This document shows, piece after piece, positions 1 to 9,343 of a DNA stretch of 64,000 nucleotides. Made by a program: the position numbers and the translations under genes. The DNA comes from Promethearchaeota archaeon (GTDB lineage Archaea > Asgardarchaeota > Lokiarchaeia > Sigyniarchaeales > SOKP01): NCBI GenBank assembly GCA_016930515.1, contig JAFGGO010000129.1, positions 1 to 64,000 on the forward strand. Reading direction: 5' to 3'. Under the pieces are notes generated by a model. That model ran no database searches and was not told where the DNA came from. It was given only the letters and a program-made list of their open reading frames with translations. The number at the start of each line of letters is the position of its first letter. The first letter of the stretch is position 1.

Positions 1-39
1 TAAGGTAATATAAAAAATAAGAATTTTTGTTGAAAAGAA

Positions 40-915
40 TTATATGAAAGCTGTTGATGGGATTTTTTTAACAACAGTCTCGTTTAGAAATTCTTCAAAT
101 TTTCTGGGATTTTTTCTAAGCACCTCATTAAAGGTGGGTGTAATTCTTGCTGCCAATCCTTTTCTTACTGGTCGATAGAGAGATAGCATAAATTCAACAG
201 TGTCTTTCGAAATACCCTTGTTTTTGAGAACCCTTCTCATCTCTTCTTCATTTACATCCAGGTATTTTATATCTCTTTTTAAAACTTCAGCCATTGTTGA
301 TGCAGCTTGATTATAGGTAATTGCTTCGTTTCCAGTGATTTCGTATATTTTATTTTCGTGCTCTTGTTCCGTAAGAACAACCGACAAGAATTCAGCGACA
401 TCTCTGGAATCCATGAAGCTCGTCGCTCCCTCACCAGCAGATATTTTAATGGTTCCCTTGCTAACCCCATCAGAAAGAAAACCCGTCGTAAAATTCTGCA
501 TAAAAAAGTTAGACCTGACGATCGTATGAGCAATTTTCATTTTTTGAATTTTCAATTCGATTTGCCTGAGTGGGTTAGTTTCGTCTCGATCTACTCCAAG
601 AGCAGATAAGAAAACCACCTGTTTTACATATCTTTTAGGAATGTAATCTAGAAAGGGTATTAGCATTAGATACATATTTGCGTCTAATGGAGCAATGATT
701 AATATCTTATCTACATCGTCAAGCACCAGCTCAAATCCATGAGGAGATAAATAGTCAAATTTGACAACATCTGAGGAGAAGAACAAGCCCATTTTTTTTG
801 CCTTTTTAACGCTTCTTACAGCACACTTTACGAACGCTTTTTTTTCTAACAAATCTTGCACGGTTTTAAACCCTACATTACCAGTTGCACCCGTTACCAA
901 AATTTTTTCAATCAT
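40..915 (-). CDS. NmrA-like / atypical SDR NAD(P)-binding oxidoreductase
   Basis: N-terminal ILVTGATGNVG Rossmann motif, RSNFFMQNF, YEITG; 291 aa. Confidence 0.85.
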   Translation of the reverse strand: MIEKILVTGATGNVGFKTVQDLLEKKAFVKCAVRSVKKAKKMGLFFSSDVVKFDYLSPHGFELVLDDVDKILIIAPLDANMYLMLIPFLDYIPKRYVKQVVFLSALGVDRDETNPLRQIELKIQKMKIAHTIVRSNFFMQNFTTGFLSDGVSKGTIKISAGEGATSFMDSRDVAEFLSVVLTEQEHENKIYEITGNEAITYNQAASTMAEVLKRDIKYLDVNEEEMRRVLKNKGISKDTVEFMLSLYRPVRKGLAARITPTFNEVLRKNPRKFEEFLNETVVKKIPSTAFI

Positions 916-1100
916 AATTATTACCTTATTCCTTTTACATTTGTGTCTAAAGAAGGTATTTAAATCTTAGGATTTACAGAAGGAAGCCAATTTGACACTT
1001 TTAATTTAATCATTGTAAATGAAAGGTTTTTAACTACGAAAGCCCTTGAAATCCATATAATGAGGGAATATAAATTGTCATCATGTATATTCAATCTAAA

Positions 1101-1202
1101 ATGAACTTCAATATTGGAATAGAAATCGTTTTGATCGTATCTTCAATTATTTGTCTAGTTGGTGCAATCCTTTCATTTATGAGAGGAAAAAGAAATCAAT
1201 AA
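1101..1202 (+). pseudogene. 33-aa hydrophobic ORF resembling the last TM helix of an MFS (DHA2-like) transporter; remnant or small membrane peptide
   Basis: Manual translation MNFNIGIEIVLIVSSIICLVGAILSFMRGKRNQ*. Confidence 0.3.
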
Positions 1203-1280
1203 TTTCTTAATTTTAGAAATGTAAATAGCTTAATTGAATTAAGTGAGAAAAAAAGAAAAATTGAAAAAGAAAAAAGGAAT

Positions 1281-4046
1281 TTATTGTACTTTAATATTAT
1301 TCTTTCGCTTTCTTATTATAAAGCCTAATAAGACAAACATAGTTATAGAAAAGACTCCGCAAATCACGAGTAAATCGTATCCTGGAACGATGCGCTCTTC
1401 TTCTGAATCTGAATCTGAAACCTTGATAACTTCTACTTCGGCGTGAACTTCGTTTCCTGCCACATCCGTTACGTAAAATCTGATGGTAATGGTTCCGTCG
1501 TGTAATTCGTTCCACGCAGTTGAATCGATCGTGCCGTTTGTTCCTGAAAATTCAATAGGATCTCCGTCGTTTAAAGTGTACCAAGTCGAAACTACATTTG
1601 CTTCTGTTATTTCCACATCATAATCTGGCGCAGAATCACATTCTTGCCCATTTATGGGAAAGATTATCGAGATCAGGGGAGCCTGAGTATCTTTGAATAC
1701 ATAAACTCTCGCGCTTCTCTGGTTTCCAATGGAATCATTTGCGTAAAAAGCAATCTCAATTAATCCATCCTCTAATCCATCCCATATAGTCGCATTTAAC
1801 GTGCCCGTGCTAGTTCCGTTATCGCCAGAAAGTAAAATTGGAGATCTACGATTGATCTTGTACCATGTAGAATCCACATCGTTTCCTTCAATCCAAATAT
1901 CGAACGCAGGTGGAGTCGCATCGAATACTTGATCCTCCAATGGTAAATTGATTGTAATGTTTGGACCAATCAATTGAGACCACGCCACGAGAACGAATTC
2001 AATCGATGATGTACTATTCATATAACTCAATAGAACTCCCGTTGCGGTATCGAACTTCACTTCCGTATCGATTGATGCATTAAAACTGACATATTCGCAC
2101 GATCTTCCCCCATAAGTTCCAGATTGCGTGCCAAAATATAAGATGGCAAATTGTATAATTTCTGATGATATTAGTAAAGGAAATGAATTCGGACCAGAAG
2201 CGTTAAGCATTTGATTGTTCAGAGGTGCTGAAGTATCTGTAAAAATTGTTCCAAGTGGAGAAAGCGGATACTCTGGAACATCAGTCACCAGAATTCCCGT
2301 GTAATTTTGGGGCACACCGCCTTCGAGCGTTTCGTAGGTCCACTCGTCTTCTTCCTCGACAAGATAGTGCGGGCGATCTAATATGTCCCAACTTGTAAGA
2401 GTGTATACAATCGTATCCGAGGCAGTAACCATCGACATGTATAACATGATTCCCGTTTCTGTATCAATGTGAATTGTATAAGTACTTTCGTTGTAAGATG
2501 CAGACATTTGCACATATTCGCATAACTTATCTCCATATGTATCCCAGTATGTTCCCTCCGTATCAGCTAAATTAGCAATCCTATACGAATCAAAAACATA
2601 CGGGTTAAGTTCTTGATCCGATTGTACGGTACCCATCATGTTTATGTTTCCAAGAGGGTAATCTGGATATTCTGGAACCGATGTCACCTCGATACTCATT
2701 TGTATGGTCATACCAGATGCACTAAAGTCGTAAGTCCACATGTCTCCAACTTGAACCAGCCAGTGTGGTAATTCAAATAATTCCCAATCGGTGAGAACGA
2801 AAGATTGAGAGTAGTGCGTCTTATTCAAGACAATACCCGTGCTATTGTCAACATATAATGTCGTCGATGATCCATCATCAATCACGACATAATAACAAAG
2901 CCTACCACCATAAGTTCCCGAAAAGGTACCACCCGTGGCTGCTGCATCCCCAATCGTGACGTTGTCAAAAACGAACAGGTAAGAAAGAAGCAGGTCTTCC
3001 TCTCCGTAATAACCACTTGGGTCGTAGACATTTCCTCGAGGAGAGCGGGGGAATTCTGGAACGCTCTTGACTGCAACTCCTAATTCATTCCCAGTTGGGC
3101 TTCCGTTGTCCAATTCTTCATAAACCCATTCATTGCCCTCGGAAACGAGCCATTGTGTTGGTTCCGTGACCATTCCAGCAAGCGACCAATCCACCAGAAT
3201 GTACTGATCGTTTGGATATCCGTACTCCATTGTTGCGTTAAGAGTTACACCTGTGGCGTTGTCAACATAGTATAATATCCCCTCATCCACGTCTTCAATG
3301 ACGACATAATAACAGAACCTTCCTCCATAAGTTCCCGAAAAAGTACCATTAGTGGTTGCCGCGTTTTCTATCGTGATATTATCAAAAACGAGCCTGAACA
3401 AGGAAAAGCTATAAAGTCCTTCAATAGAAGGCGCAGATCCATTCCTATACAAGTCCCCAAGGGGTTCAGAAGGATAATTTTGGGCATCAGAAACCTCGAC
3501 TCCCAAATAACCCGTGAGGAGTCCGGAAGATGAGGTGTTATAGACCCATTCGTCCCCTTCTTCAACGAGCCATTCTCCAGGTTCAATTACGGGGTCCCAA
3601 TCCACGAGGGTATAATTTTCATAAGATGAAGTTTTTTCTAACACGATTCCAGTAGCAGTATCAACAACATAGGACTCGCCAGAAATCGATGCTACAATGC
3701 AATAACAAGATAGTTCATCATAGGTTCGGTATTCATAAACACCGCCGTAGTACAATAAATCGTCCATTGCCCAATCATCGAATACAAAATTATTAAGTAT
3801 TTCGTTTGGAGAAACTAACGAAGAATTCAAGAATATTGCTCCTAATGCACCCCAGGATTCAACATTAGTTACTTGGATCGTCAAATTTCCCGTGCCGTAA
3901 GCACCTTCTACATAATCGTACATCCACGAATCTCCTACTGTTACATAGTAATCTGCCGCAACATTCGTCGTTAAAATGCAACAGGATAAAAACAGGCTGG
4001 AAATAAGCATCGTTAAAAGCATTAATTTTCTTTTTAAGGTTTTCAT
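1281..4046 (-). CDS. Secreted/cell-surface repeat protein with C-terminal VPGY-TM-basic anchor (Loki-CTERM-like)
   Basis: Signal peptide; five ~130-aa repeats (W/YxVxxGDxWxY...DxxTGIxL); two Ig-like domains; VPGYDLLVICGVFSITMFVLLGFIIRKRK tail. Confidence 0.8.
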   Translation of the reverse strand: MKTLKRKLMLLTMLISSLFLSCCILTTNVAADYYVTVGDSWMYDYVEGAYGTGNLTIQVTNVESWGALGAIFLNSSLVSPNEILNNFVFDDWAMDDLLYYGGVYEYRTYDELSCYCIVASISGESYVVDTATGIVLEKTSSYENYTLVDWDPVIEPGEWLVEEGDEWVYNTSSSGLLTGYLGVEVSDAQNYPSEPLGDLYRNGSAPSIEGLYSFSLFRLVFDNITIENAATTNGTFSGTYGGRFCYYVVIEDVDEGILYYVDNATGVTLNATMEYGYPNDQYILVDWSLAGMVTEPTQWLVSEGNEWVYEELDNGSPTGNELGVAVKSVPEFPRSPRGNVYDPSGYYGEEDLLLSYLFVFDNVTIGDAAATGGTFSGTYGGRLCYYVVIDDGSSTTLYVDNSTGIVLNKTHYSQSFVLTDWELFELPHWLVQVGDMWTYDFSASGMTIQMSIEVTSVPEYPDYPLGNINMMGTVQSDQELNPYVFDSYRIANLADTEGTYWDTYGDKLCEYVQMSASYNESTYTIHIDTETGIMLYMSMVTASDTIVYTLTSWDILDRPHYLVEEEDEWTYETLEGGVPQNYTGILVTDVPEYPLSPLGTIFTDTSAPLNNQMLNASGPNSFPLLISSEIIQFAILYFGTQSGTYGGRSCEYVSFNASIDTEVKFDTATGVLLSYMNSTSSIEFVLVAWSQLIGPNITINLPLEDQVFDATPPAFDIWIEGNDVDSTWYKINRRSPILLSGDNGTSTGTLNATIWDGLEDGLIEIAFYANDSIGNQRSARVYVFKDTQAPLISIIFPINGQECDSAPDYDVEITEANVVSTWYTLNDGDPIEFSGTNGTIDSTAWNELHDGTITIRFYVTDVAGNEVHAEVEVIKVSDSDSEEERIVPGYDLLVICGVFSITMFVLLGFIIRKRKNNIKVQ

Positions 4047-4238
4047 TTTTGTTCCTAAAACTACTTTTGATTATTAATAGCTAAATCGAGATCTATTATA
4101 AAGGTGACCAGATAGTGAAAATTACTATTTTGAAGATACTAAATATGACATTGTTTAACTCATTCAAAAAAAGATTTCGAGCTTACTTTGTTGAAAAATA
4201 GAGTTTAAAAATAAAAGAAAAGTAGAGAATTATAAAAA

Positions 4239-5324
4239 TTACTTTTGGTTGAGATAATCGTTCATTTCAACAAAAGAACTGGTTCTTATCAGGGCAGACT
4301 TGAGAAATTGGAATCCAATGTCGTACGTGGACCCGTCTCCGCCTATATGAATGACATAAGGAATCTCGTTCTTGTATAATCCCTTTGATTTGAGGATCTT
4401 TTTGGTGGTTGAAATTGCGTCTGCAATGGTGGCTCCCGACTCGAATAGATGGTGCACCCATGGAACCTTCCAGGAAGTAAGATTGTCTTTAGATGTGGAC
4501 ACTTCCGAGCAGCTCGTGTTGTTCACGTACACGATGTTTTTTCCAGCAACGGCGTAAGCTGCCGTGGCCATCTGATTTAAAACCATGCCAGCACCGCATC
4601 CCGGGCACAATCCGTGACCCGGATGTAAGTGTTGTTGGGGCTCAAGAGCCTTTCGATCCACCTTGTAAAAGTCTACTGGTTTTTCCGCTCCAAACTTTTC
4701 AAACAGATCTTTTAACTTGTTGTTTCGTTGTTCGGTGTAATAAATTATCTCGTCTATGTTTTTTTCCAAGAATTTCGGCCTAAAAAGGTGCCTAAAACGC
4801 CCCATAGATTTCAAATACTCCACGAACTTATCCTTGTCAATGTCTAGACCGCGATAGTAACTAAAAATTGGACGACCGTCTTCAACGCGGACCGTATAAA
4901 GCGGCCAATAACCGCAATCAGTAGCCATTTTCGATATTTTTAAAGCGTCTTCAGCACCATGTCGCCAACCCCTCATACAATCGGAATAAGCTTGAATGAA
5001 CGCAGAACCGTTTGATTTTAAAGCGTCCGCAACCTTCCCCATGAAATCAGCGGGATACGCAGGATTCGTGGTTGCTAAAAAAAGTTTTTTTGTACCATAA
5101 AACGCAAAGGGAGTGACCAAGTCTTGTTTTACGCCAATCTTTCCCGGTATCAATTCACCTGCAGGACCTGTAGTAGTAGAGGCATACGATGGCGTTCCAC
5201 CTGATTCTTGGATTCCCGTGTTCATAAAAGCTTCATTGTCATAGTTAAAAAATAATACATTACATTTCTCCTTTCTATTAAGGATGTCTTCAAAGTTTAT
5301 TGTATTTCGTTCAGGTTGATTCAT
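4239..5324 (-). CDS. porB: Pyruvate/2-oxoisovalerate-type ferredoxin oxidoreductase beta (TPP-binding) subunit, circularly permuted
   Basis: YDNEAFMNTGIQ near the N-terminus; GHGLCPGCG, NxTSCSEV, PWVH and GGDGSTYDIG in the C-terminal half; in operon with alpha and gamma/delta. Confidence 0.85.
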   Translation of the reverse strand: MNQPERNTINFEDILNRKEKCNVLFFNYDNEAFMNTGIQESGGTPSYASTTTGPAGELIPGKIGVKQDLVTPFAFYGTKKLFLATTNPAYPADFMGKVADALKSNGSAFIQAYSDCMRGWRHGAEDALKISKMATDCGYWPLYTVRVEDGRPIFSYYRGLDIDKDKFVEYLKSMGRFRHLFRPKFLEKNIDEIIYYTEQRNNKLKDLFEKFGAEKPVDFYKVDRKALEPQQHLHPGHGLCPGCGAGMVLNQMATAAYAVAGKNIVYVNNTSCSEVSTSKDNLTSWKVPWVHHLFESGATIADAISTTKKILKSKGLYKNEIPYVIHIGGDGSTYDIGFQFLKSALIRTSSFVEMNDYLNQK

Positions 5325-6548
5325 TTATATCTCCACCTCGTGTATTTTATTCGCAGATTCTCGGGCACCAAGGTACATATATAATTGACCATTCATGTCC
5401 TTTACAGAATTCATCTTATCTCGAGCAACAGATAACTCATCTCTGGTTACATCTCTTCCGCCGAGTCCAACAATAAAGCATCTAAATAAAGTACCTAATG
5501 GATAGAGCGCCGTTGCAATGGAGCTTGAAAATGGCGGAAGCAGGTTGTTCAACGAGTCAGATTTTTCCAATATGATGAGTTTTTCAATGTTGAAATCCTG
5601 TACGATTTTTTGTAGTTCTTCGTAAGGGAAGGGTCTATAGGTACGGATCTTGATGAGACCAACATCTTTATTTTTTGTCATCCAACTTATAATATTTCCA
5701 CACATCGAACCCATCGTAATAAAGGCAGTTCGTGAGGAATTATCGAGGTTGTAAGTTTCGATGGATTTATATTCCCTACCTGTTGCTTCCTTAAATCGCT
5801 TGAAAACATCGCTAATCATTCCAAGAACTGGTTTTTTTGCTATATCAAGGGCAAGTCTTCCTTCTGTGAAATAATCGGGAGTTACGATTCCACCCCATGT
5901 TCCAGGATTTTCGGGATCAATGGTATGTCTCTTCTTTTTAGGAGTCATTTTTTTGACCGTTTCGTCTGGAATCAATTCTAGTTGTTGCACGGAATGCGAA
6001 ATGATAAACCCATCGTGAACAAACATGGTTGGAAACAAAGAATCTTCAGATATCATTACCGATAATATGGCGGCATCATAAGTCTCTTGGACATTTTCCG
6101 AAACGATGCAGTTCCATCCAAAATCTGCGAGAACAAATTCCCACGAATTCCAGATCGATAGATTTGGGGAATTAAAAGCCCTGGCCGAAATCATCATCGT
6201 TAGCGGAAGACGCCACCCAACTGGCATTGGTAACCCTTCTGCCATTAATAAATATCCTTGAGATGCTGTTGCCGTAAAGGTTCTTGCTCCAGCAGCGCAC
6301 GCAGCGGTCGCATAGCTCATCGCTGCCAATTCAGACTCAACATTAACGAAAGCCGCCTTCAATCGTCCTTGATTAACCACATCAGATAATCCTTCCACCG
6401 ATTGAGTTTGTGGGGTGATTGGGAAGGCGCAAATTACATCCGGATCTGTCTGCGTGACTCCCCCGGCCACGGCATAATTTCCTATCATGGCAGTCTTCGT
6501 GGGTTTTTTGATCTCCTTGAAAAATAATTTCATAGGTTCTATACTCAT
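5325..6548 (-). CDS. porA: 2-oxoacid:ferredoxin oxidoreductase alpha subunit (POR family)
   Basis: AFPITPQT, VESELAAMS, TATASQG, DGFIISH, GLGGRD motifs. Confidence 0.9.
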   Translation of the reverse strand: MSIEPMKLFFKEIKKPTKTAMIGNYAVAGGVTQTDPDVICAFPITPQTQSVEGLSDVVNQGRLKAAFVNVESELAAMSYATAACAAGARTFTATASQGYLLMAEGLPMPVGWRLPLTMMISARAFNSPNLSIWNSWEFVLADFGWNCIVSENVQETYDAAILSVMISEDSLFPTMFVHDGFIISHSVQQLELIPDETVKKMTPKKKRHTIDPENPGTWGGIVTPDYFTEGRLALDIAKKPVLGMISDVFKRFKEATGREYKSIETYNLDNSSRTAFITMGSMCGNIISWMTKNKDVGLIKIRTYRPFPYEELQKIVQDFNIEKLIILEKSDSLNNLLPPFSSSIATALYPLGTLFRCFIVGLGGRDVTRDELSVARDKMNSVKDMNGQLYMYLGARESANKIHEVEI

Positions 6549-6563
6549 TTTTTTCTAACCTCC

Positions 6564-7562
6564 TCATGATTCAGGCACGGCGCAGGAGCCCGGACCTTGC
6601 TTCAATTCTTTACTTATCGCTTTTACAGGACACACTTCAATACAATTTTGACACGACTTGCAGTGAAATTGATCTATGCCCGCCATCTTGTATTTTCCAG
6701 CTTTCTCATCGTCTTTTACAATTACTATGGCAAAGTCTGGACATATATACCAACATTGGGCGCAATTGGTGCATTTTTCCTCGTCCCAAATAATATTCCA
6801 TTCTCCCCAAGAACCCGTGTTGACCTGATCGCTTCCAACCTTAATAATATTAGTATCAGTATACCACACGCCTGCAAGATCGAGGTCTTTATATCCTGGT
6901 AGACCCAAACTAACTTGCTGCCACGGAACCTTAGTGTCTTTCGTAAAATCAATCTTTATCGACGATGGACTCTCGTAAAGGCATGTTTCTTCGAAGGCGC
7001 GCTTGATGGCCTTCACATTCTTTCCTGCCAATTCACCCTTGAAACGAGCCATTATGGCGTCAGCAAGTTCGTCCATTGTAAATATATTTGATACTCGCAC
7101 CAAGGCACCAAGAATGATGGTGTTTGTTATATTTCTGCCTAAAACTTCCATCGCAATATTCGTGGCATCTATGGTCGCAATATTTAAGTTTTTTTTGCCA
7201 AGAGTCATTTCGATTTCAGTCTGATTCATCGTGGTGTTTACAATAAGCCAACCACCTTCTGCCATTCCCGCCGTTACGTCAATTTCGCTCAGAAGCGACT
7301 CATCCAAGACGGAAACGAAGTGGGGACTATATACTTGTTCGTTTGATCTAACTAAGTCGTAATTTTTACTCAAGCGAACAAAACTCATGGTAGGACTTCC
7401 CATACGCTCTGCGCCAAATTTTGGTTGACTAACACCAAATCCATCGTAGGCCTCCACGCAGAGATCGGCGGCAGTGACACCTCCTTGACCGCCTCTGGCG
7501 TGAAAGCGCAAGTTCACGCAGTTATTTTTCAGGACATCCTTCATTTGATTTGCATCTAACAT
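6564..7562 (-). CDS. Fused POR gamma + delta (2x[4Fe-4S]) subunit
   Basis: RFHARGGQGGVTA, FGAERMGSP; C-terminal CTNCAQCWYICP and CKSCQNCIEVCP. Confidence 0.9.
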   Translation of the reverse strand: MLDANQMKDVLKNNCVNLRFHARGGQGGVTAADLCVEAYDGFGVSQPKFGAERMGSPTMSFVRLSKNYDLVRSNEQVYSPHFVSVLDESLLSEIDVTAGMAEGGWLIVNTTMNQTEIEMTLGKKNLNIATIDATNIAMEVLGRNITNTIILGALVRVSNIFTMDELADAIMARFKGELAGKNVKAIKRAFEETCLYESPSSIKIDFTKDTKVPWQQVSLGLPGYKDLDLAGVWYTDTNIIKVGSDQVNTGSWGEWNIIWDEEKCTNCAQCWYICPDFAIVIVKDDEKAGKYKMAGIDQFHCKSCQNCIEVCPVKAISKELKQGPGSCAVPES

Positions 7563-7974
7563 TTTATATCAATATATTCCTGTTCATACTCATGATTAAA
7601 TTTAATATTAAGAAATAGAGGCTAGGAATTAATTTAAGTTTTTTACTTATTTCTTGAAATATCTGAGAAAAATATCAAGAAAATTCTGAACGAAAGATAA
7701 TATTAATTCAATATATTTAAAACTTTTTTAATTATTCAAGGATAAAATCAATATTCTATAATTTATATCAAAGTATTTCACATTCCCCCTATGATTATTT
7801 ATGGACAATTAAAATCATCTTTTTTTTTGGTGAATTATTATAGATGAAATTAATTTCTTCAAAAAAATATCAATTGTGAAAGTTCTCTTAATAAGTTTTA
7901 ACCAGGAAATTCTTTTTATATTTTTAGAAAAGATGTAAATATGCTATTTTTACTTAAAATTAGGTGATAATAAA

Positions 7975-8091
7975 TTGGATACTAAAAATTCTAAAGATAA
8001 AAAAGTAGTCGTATTGGGATATAAAGACGAAAAAATTGATCGTTATAATCACTATAAAGACATTATTCACCATACGATGGATCCGAATTAA
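7975..8091 (+). CDS. Possible 38-aa small protein
   Basis: TTG start preceded by AGGTGA SD-like motif; MDTKNSKDKKVVVLGYKDEKIDRYNHYKDIIHHTMDPN*. Confidence 0.3.
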   Translation: MDTKNSKDKKVVVLGYKDEKIDRYNHYKDIIHHTMDPN

Positions 8092-8241
8092 AGGATCAGA
8101 TTGAGGATTGTTTTACGCACAGATTATTTTCGCATTAATTCGGGAATTATTGTACAAATTCTAAATTTTATTAAACAGATGATATTATATCCTTATTATT
8201 CTTAAGGTGATATTGTAGCAAATAACACAATTGAAAGGATA

Positions 8242-8466
8242 ATGGTCGAGAAAAAACGGTGGAAACATTCAGGTAAGTGGGTCGAAATAGACTTGGATGC
8301 GTGTTCTGGTCTTGGATTATGCGTTGAAACGTGCCCCGCAGATGTATACGATTTGTTAAACGAAAAAGTATTTGCAGATAATATAGGAGAATGTATTGAA
8401 TGCTTGGCGTGTCAGGATATTTGCCCAAACGATGCCATTACGCGTCATTTTGCCTGGAGCGAATAG
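8242..8466 (+). CDS. Dicluster ferredoxin
   Basis: CSGLGLCVETCP (second Cys replaced) and CIECLACQDICP. Confidence 0.9.
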   Translation: MVEKKRWKHSGKWVEIDLDACSGLGLCVETCPADVYDLLNEKVFADNIGECIECLACQDICPNDAITRHFAWSE

Positions 8467-8524
8467 CTTAAGAGCTCCTACTTAAAAGTATAAACTGTTT
8501 AAAATATAAAAAATTAGGGGAGAA

Positions 8525-8764
8525 AATCGTTAAGCAATAGTGATCTTCTTCTCATTTGAAGATATTTTCGAATATCCGTTTTGTTATAATATCGCCAAGT
8601 ATAATCGCTTCTAAAATGATTTCTCAGAATGATCTATTGGTGAAATTTTCAACTTCACTATCCAATTTAATAAAATCATCTATTTTTTTAATTTCTGGAA
8701 GAGTATCTATTTACGCAACTATTTTCTTTTCGATTTGGGAAATGAGTTTAATTATTATTTTCAT
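8525..8764 (-). pseudogene. Degraded ferritin-like (bacterioferritin-type) gene remnant
   Basis: Manual minus-strand translation ...SF*EIILEAIILGDIITKRIFENIFK*EEDHY resembles the GDxxT...EExH helix pair; three in-frame stops. Confidence 0.4.
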
Positions 8765-8795
8765 AATATATTTATACAGCCATTAAGACGAATTT

Positions 8796-9320
8796 TCAGT
8801 GATTATTATGAGATTGAATTGGTAAATCATCGATCATTTTAACGAAATCTGGAGTATATTGAGTTTTTAACAAGTTTGAATTACCTATTGCAATTAAGTT
8901 TCCATCTTTATCGAGGATCTCGCAATACATATTCACGATATTCTTCCCTTCCCTTAAGGTTTTTGTTCTAACTATGACCATCTCATCAATACTTATTTTT
9001 CCTATATAGTTTAAATGAGAATCGATGGAGATGAGAAACCCGGGATAGCCTAAGGTTGCAGTTGTCATTCCGATCGCATCGTCAATCAAGGCACCCTGCA
9101 TGCCACCGTGTAATAATCCCGTAGGATTAGCCCATTCTTTTTTGAGTTTAAATTCAAGTTCTAATTCACCTCTTCGGGCCCTGAGAAGCGTGCCGTTTAA
9201 ATATTTTGAAAAGGGAGGTAGTGGTCCAGGAAAATCTGCAACCCCTTGTCCCTTAAAGGAATTAAACAGGGTTAAAATTCGTTCTGATCGTTTTAAAACC
9301 TCTTGTTCGATGATATTCAT
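8796..9320 (-). CDS. PaaI-family thioesterase (hotdog fold)
   Basis: WANPTGLLHGGMQGALIDD motif. Confidence 0.9.
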   Translation of the reverse strand: MNIIEQEVLKRSERILTLFNSFKGQGVADFPGPLPPFSKYLNGTLLRARRGELELEFKLKKEWANPTGLLHGGMQGALIDDAIGMTTATLGYPGFLISIDSHLNYIGKISIDEMVIVRTKTLREGKNIVNMYCEILDKDGNLIAIGNSNLLKTQYTPDFVKMIDDLPIQSHNNH

Positions 9321-9343
9321 TTGCTATAAAAATAAGAACACCC

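Noticed and set aside
4239-5324. RNA-level (BHB circularisation) explanation for the permuted porB
   Set aside because: No BHB pairing was seen between the gene ends. The ORF has an ordinary start, stop and internal linker, so the permutation is at the protein level.
8525-8764. Selenocysteine or stop-codon recoding in the ferritin-like remnant
   Set aside because: The stops are mixed (TAA and TGA), lie at non-Cys positions and the N-terminus is missing; decay is simpler.
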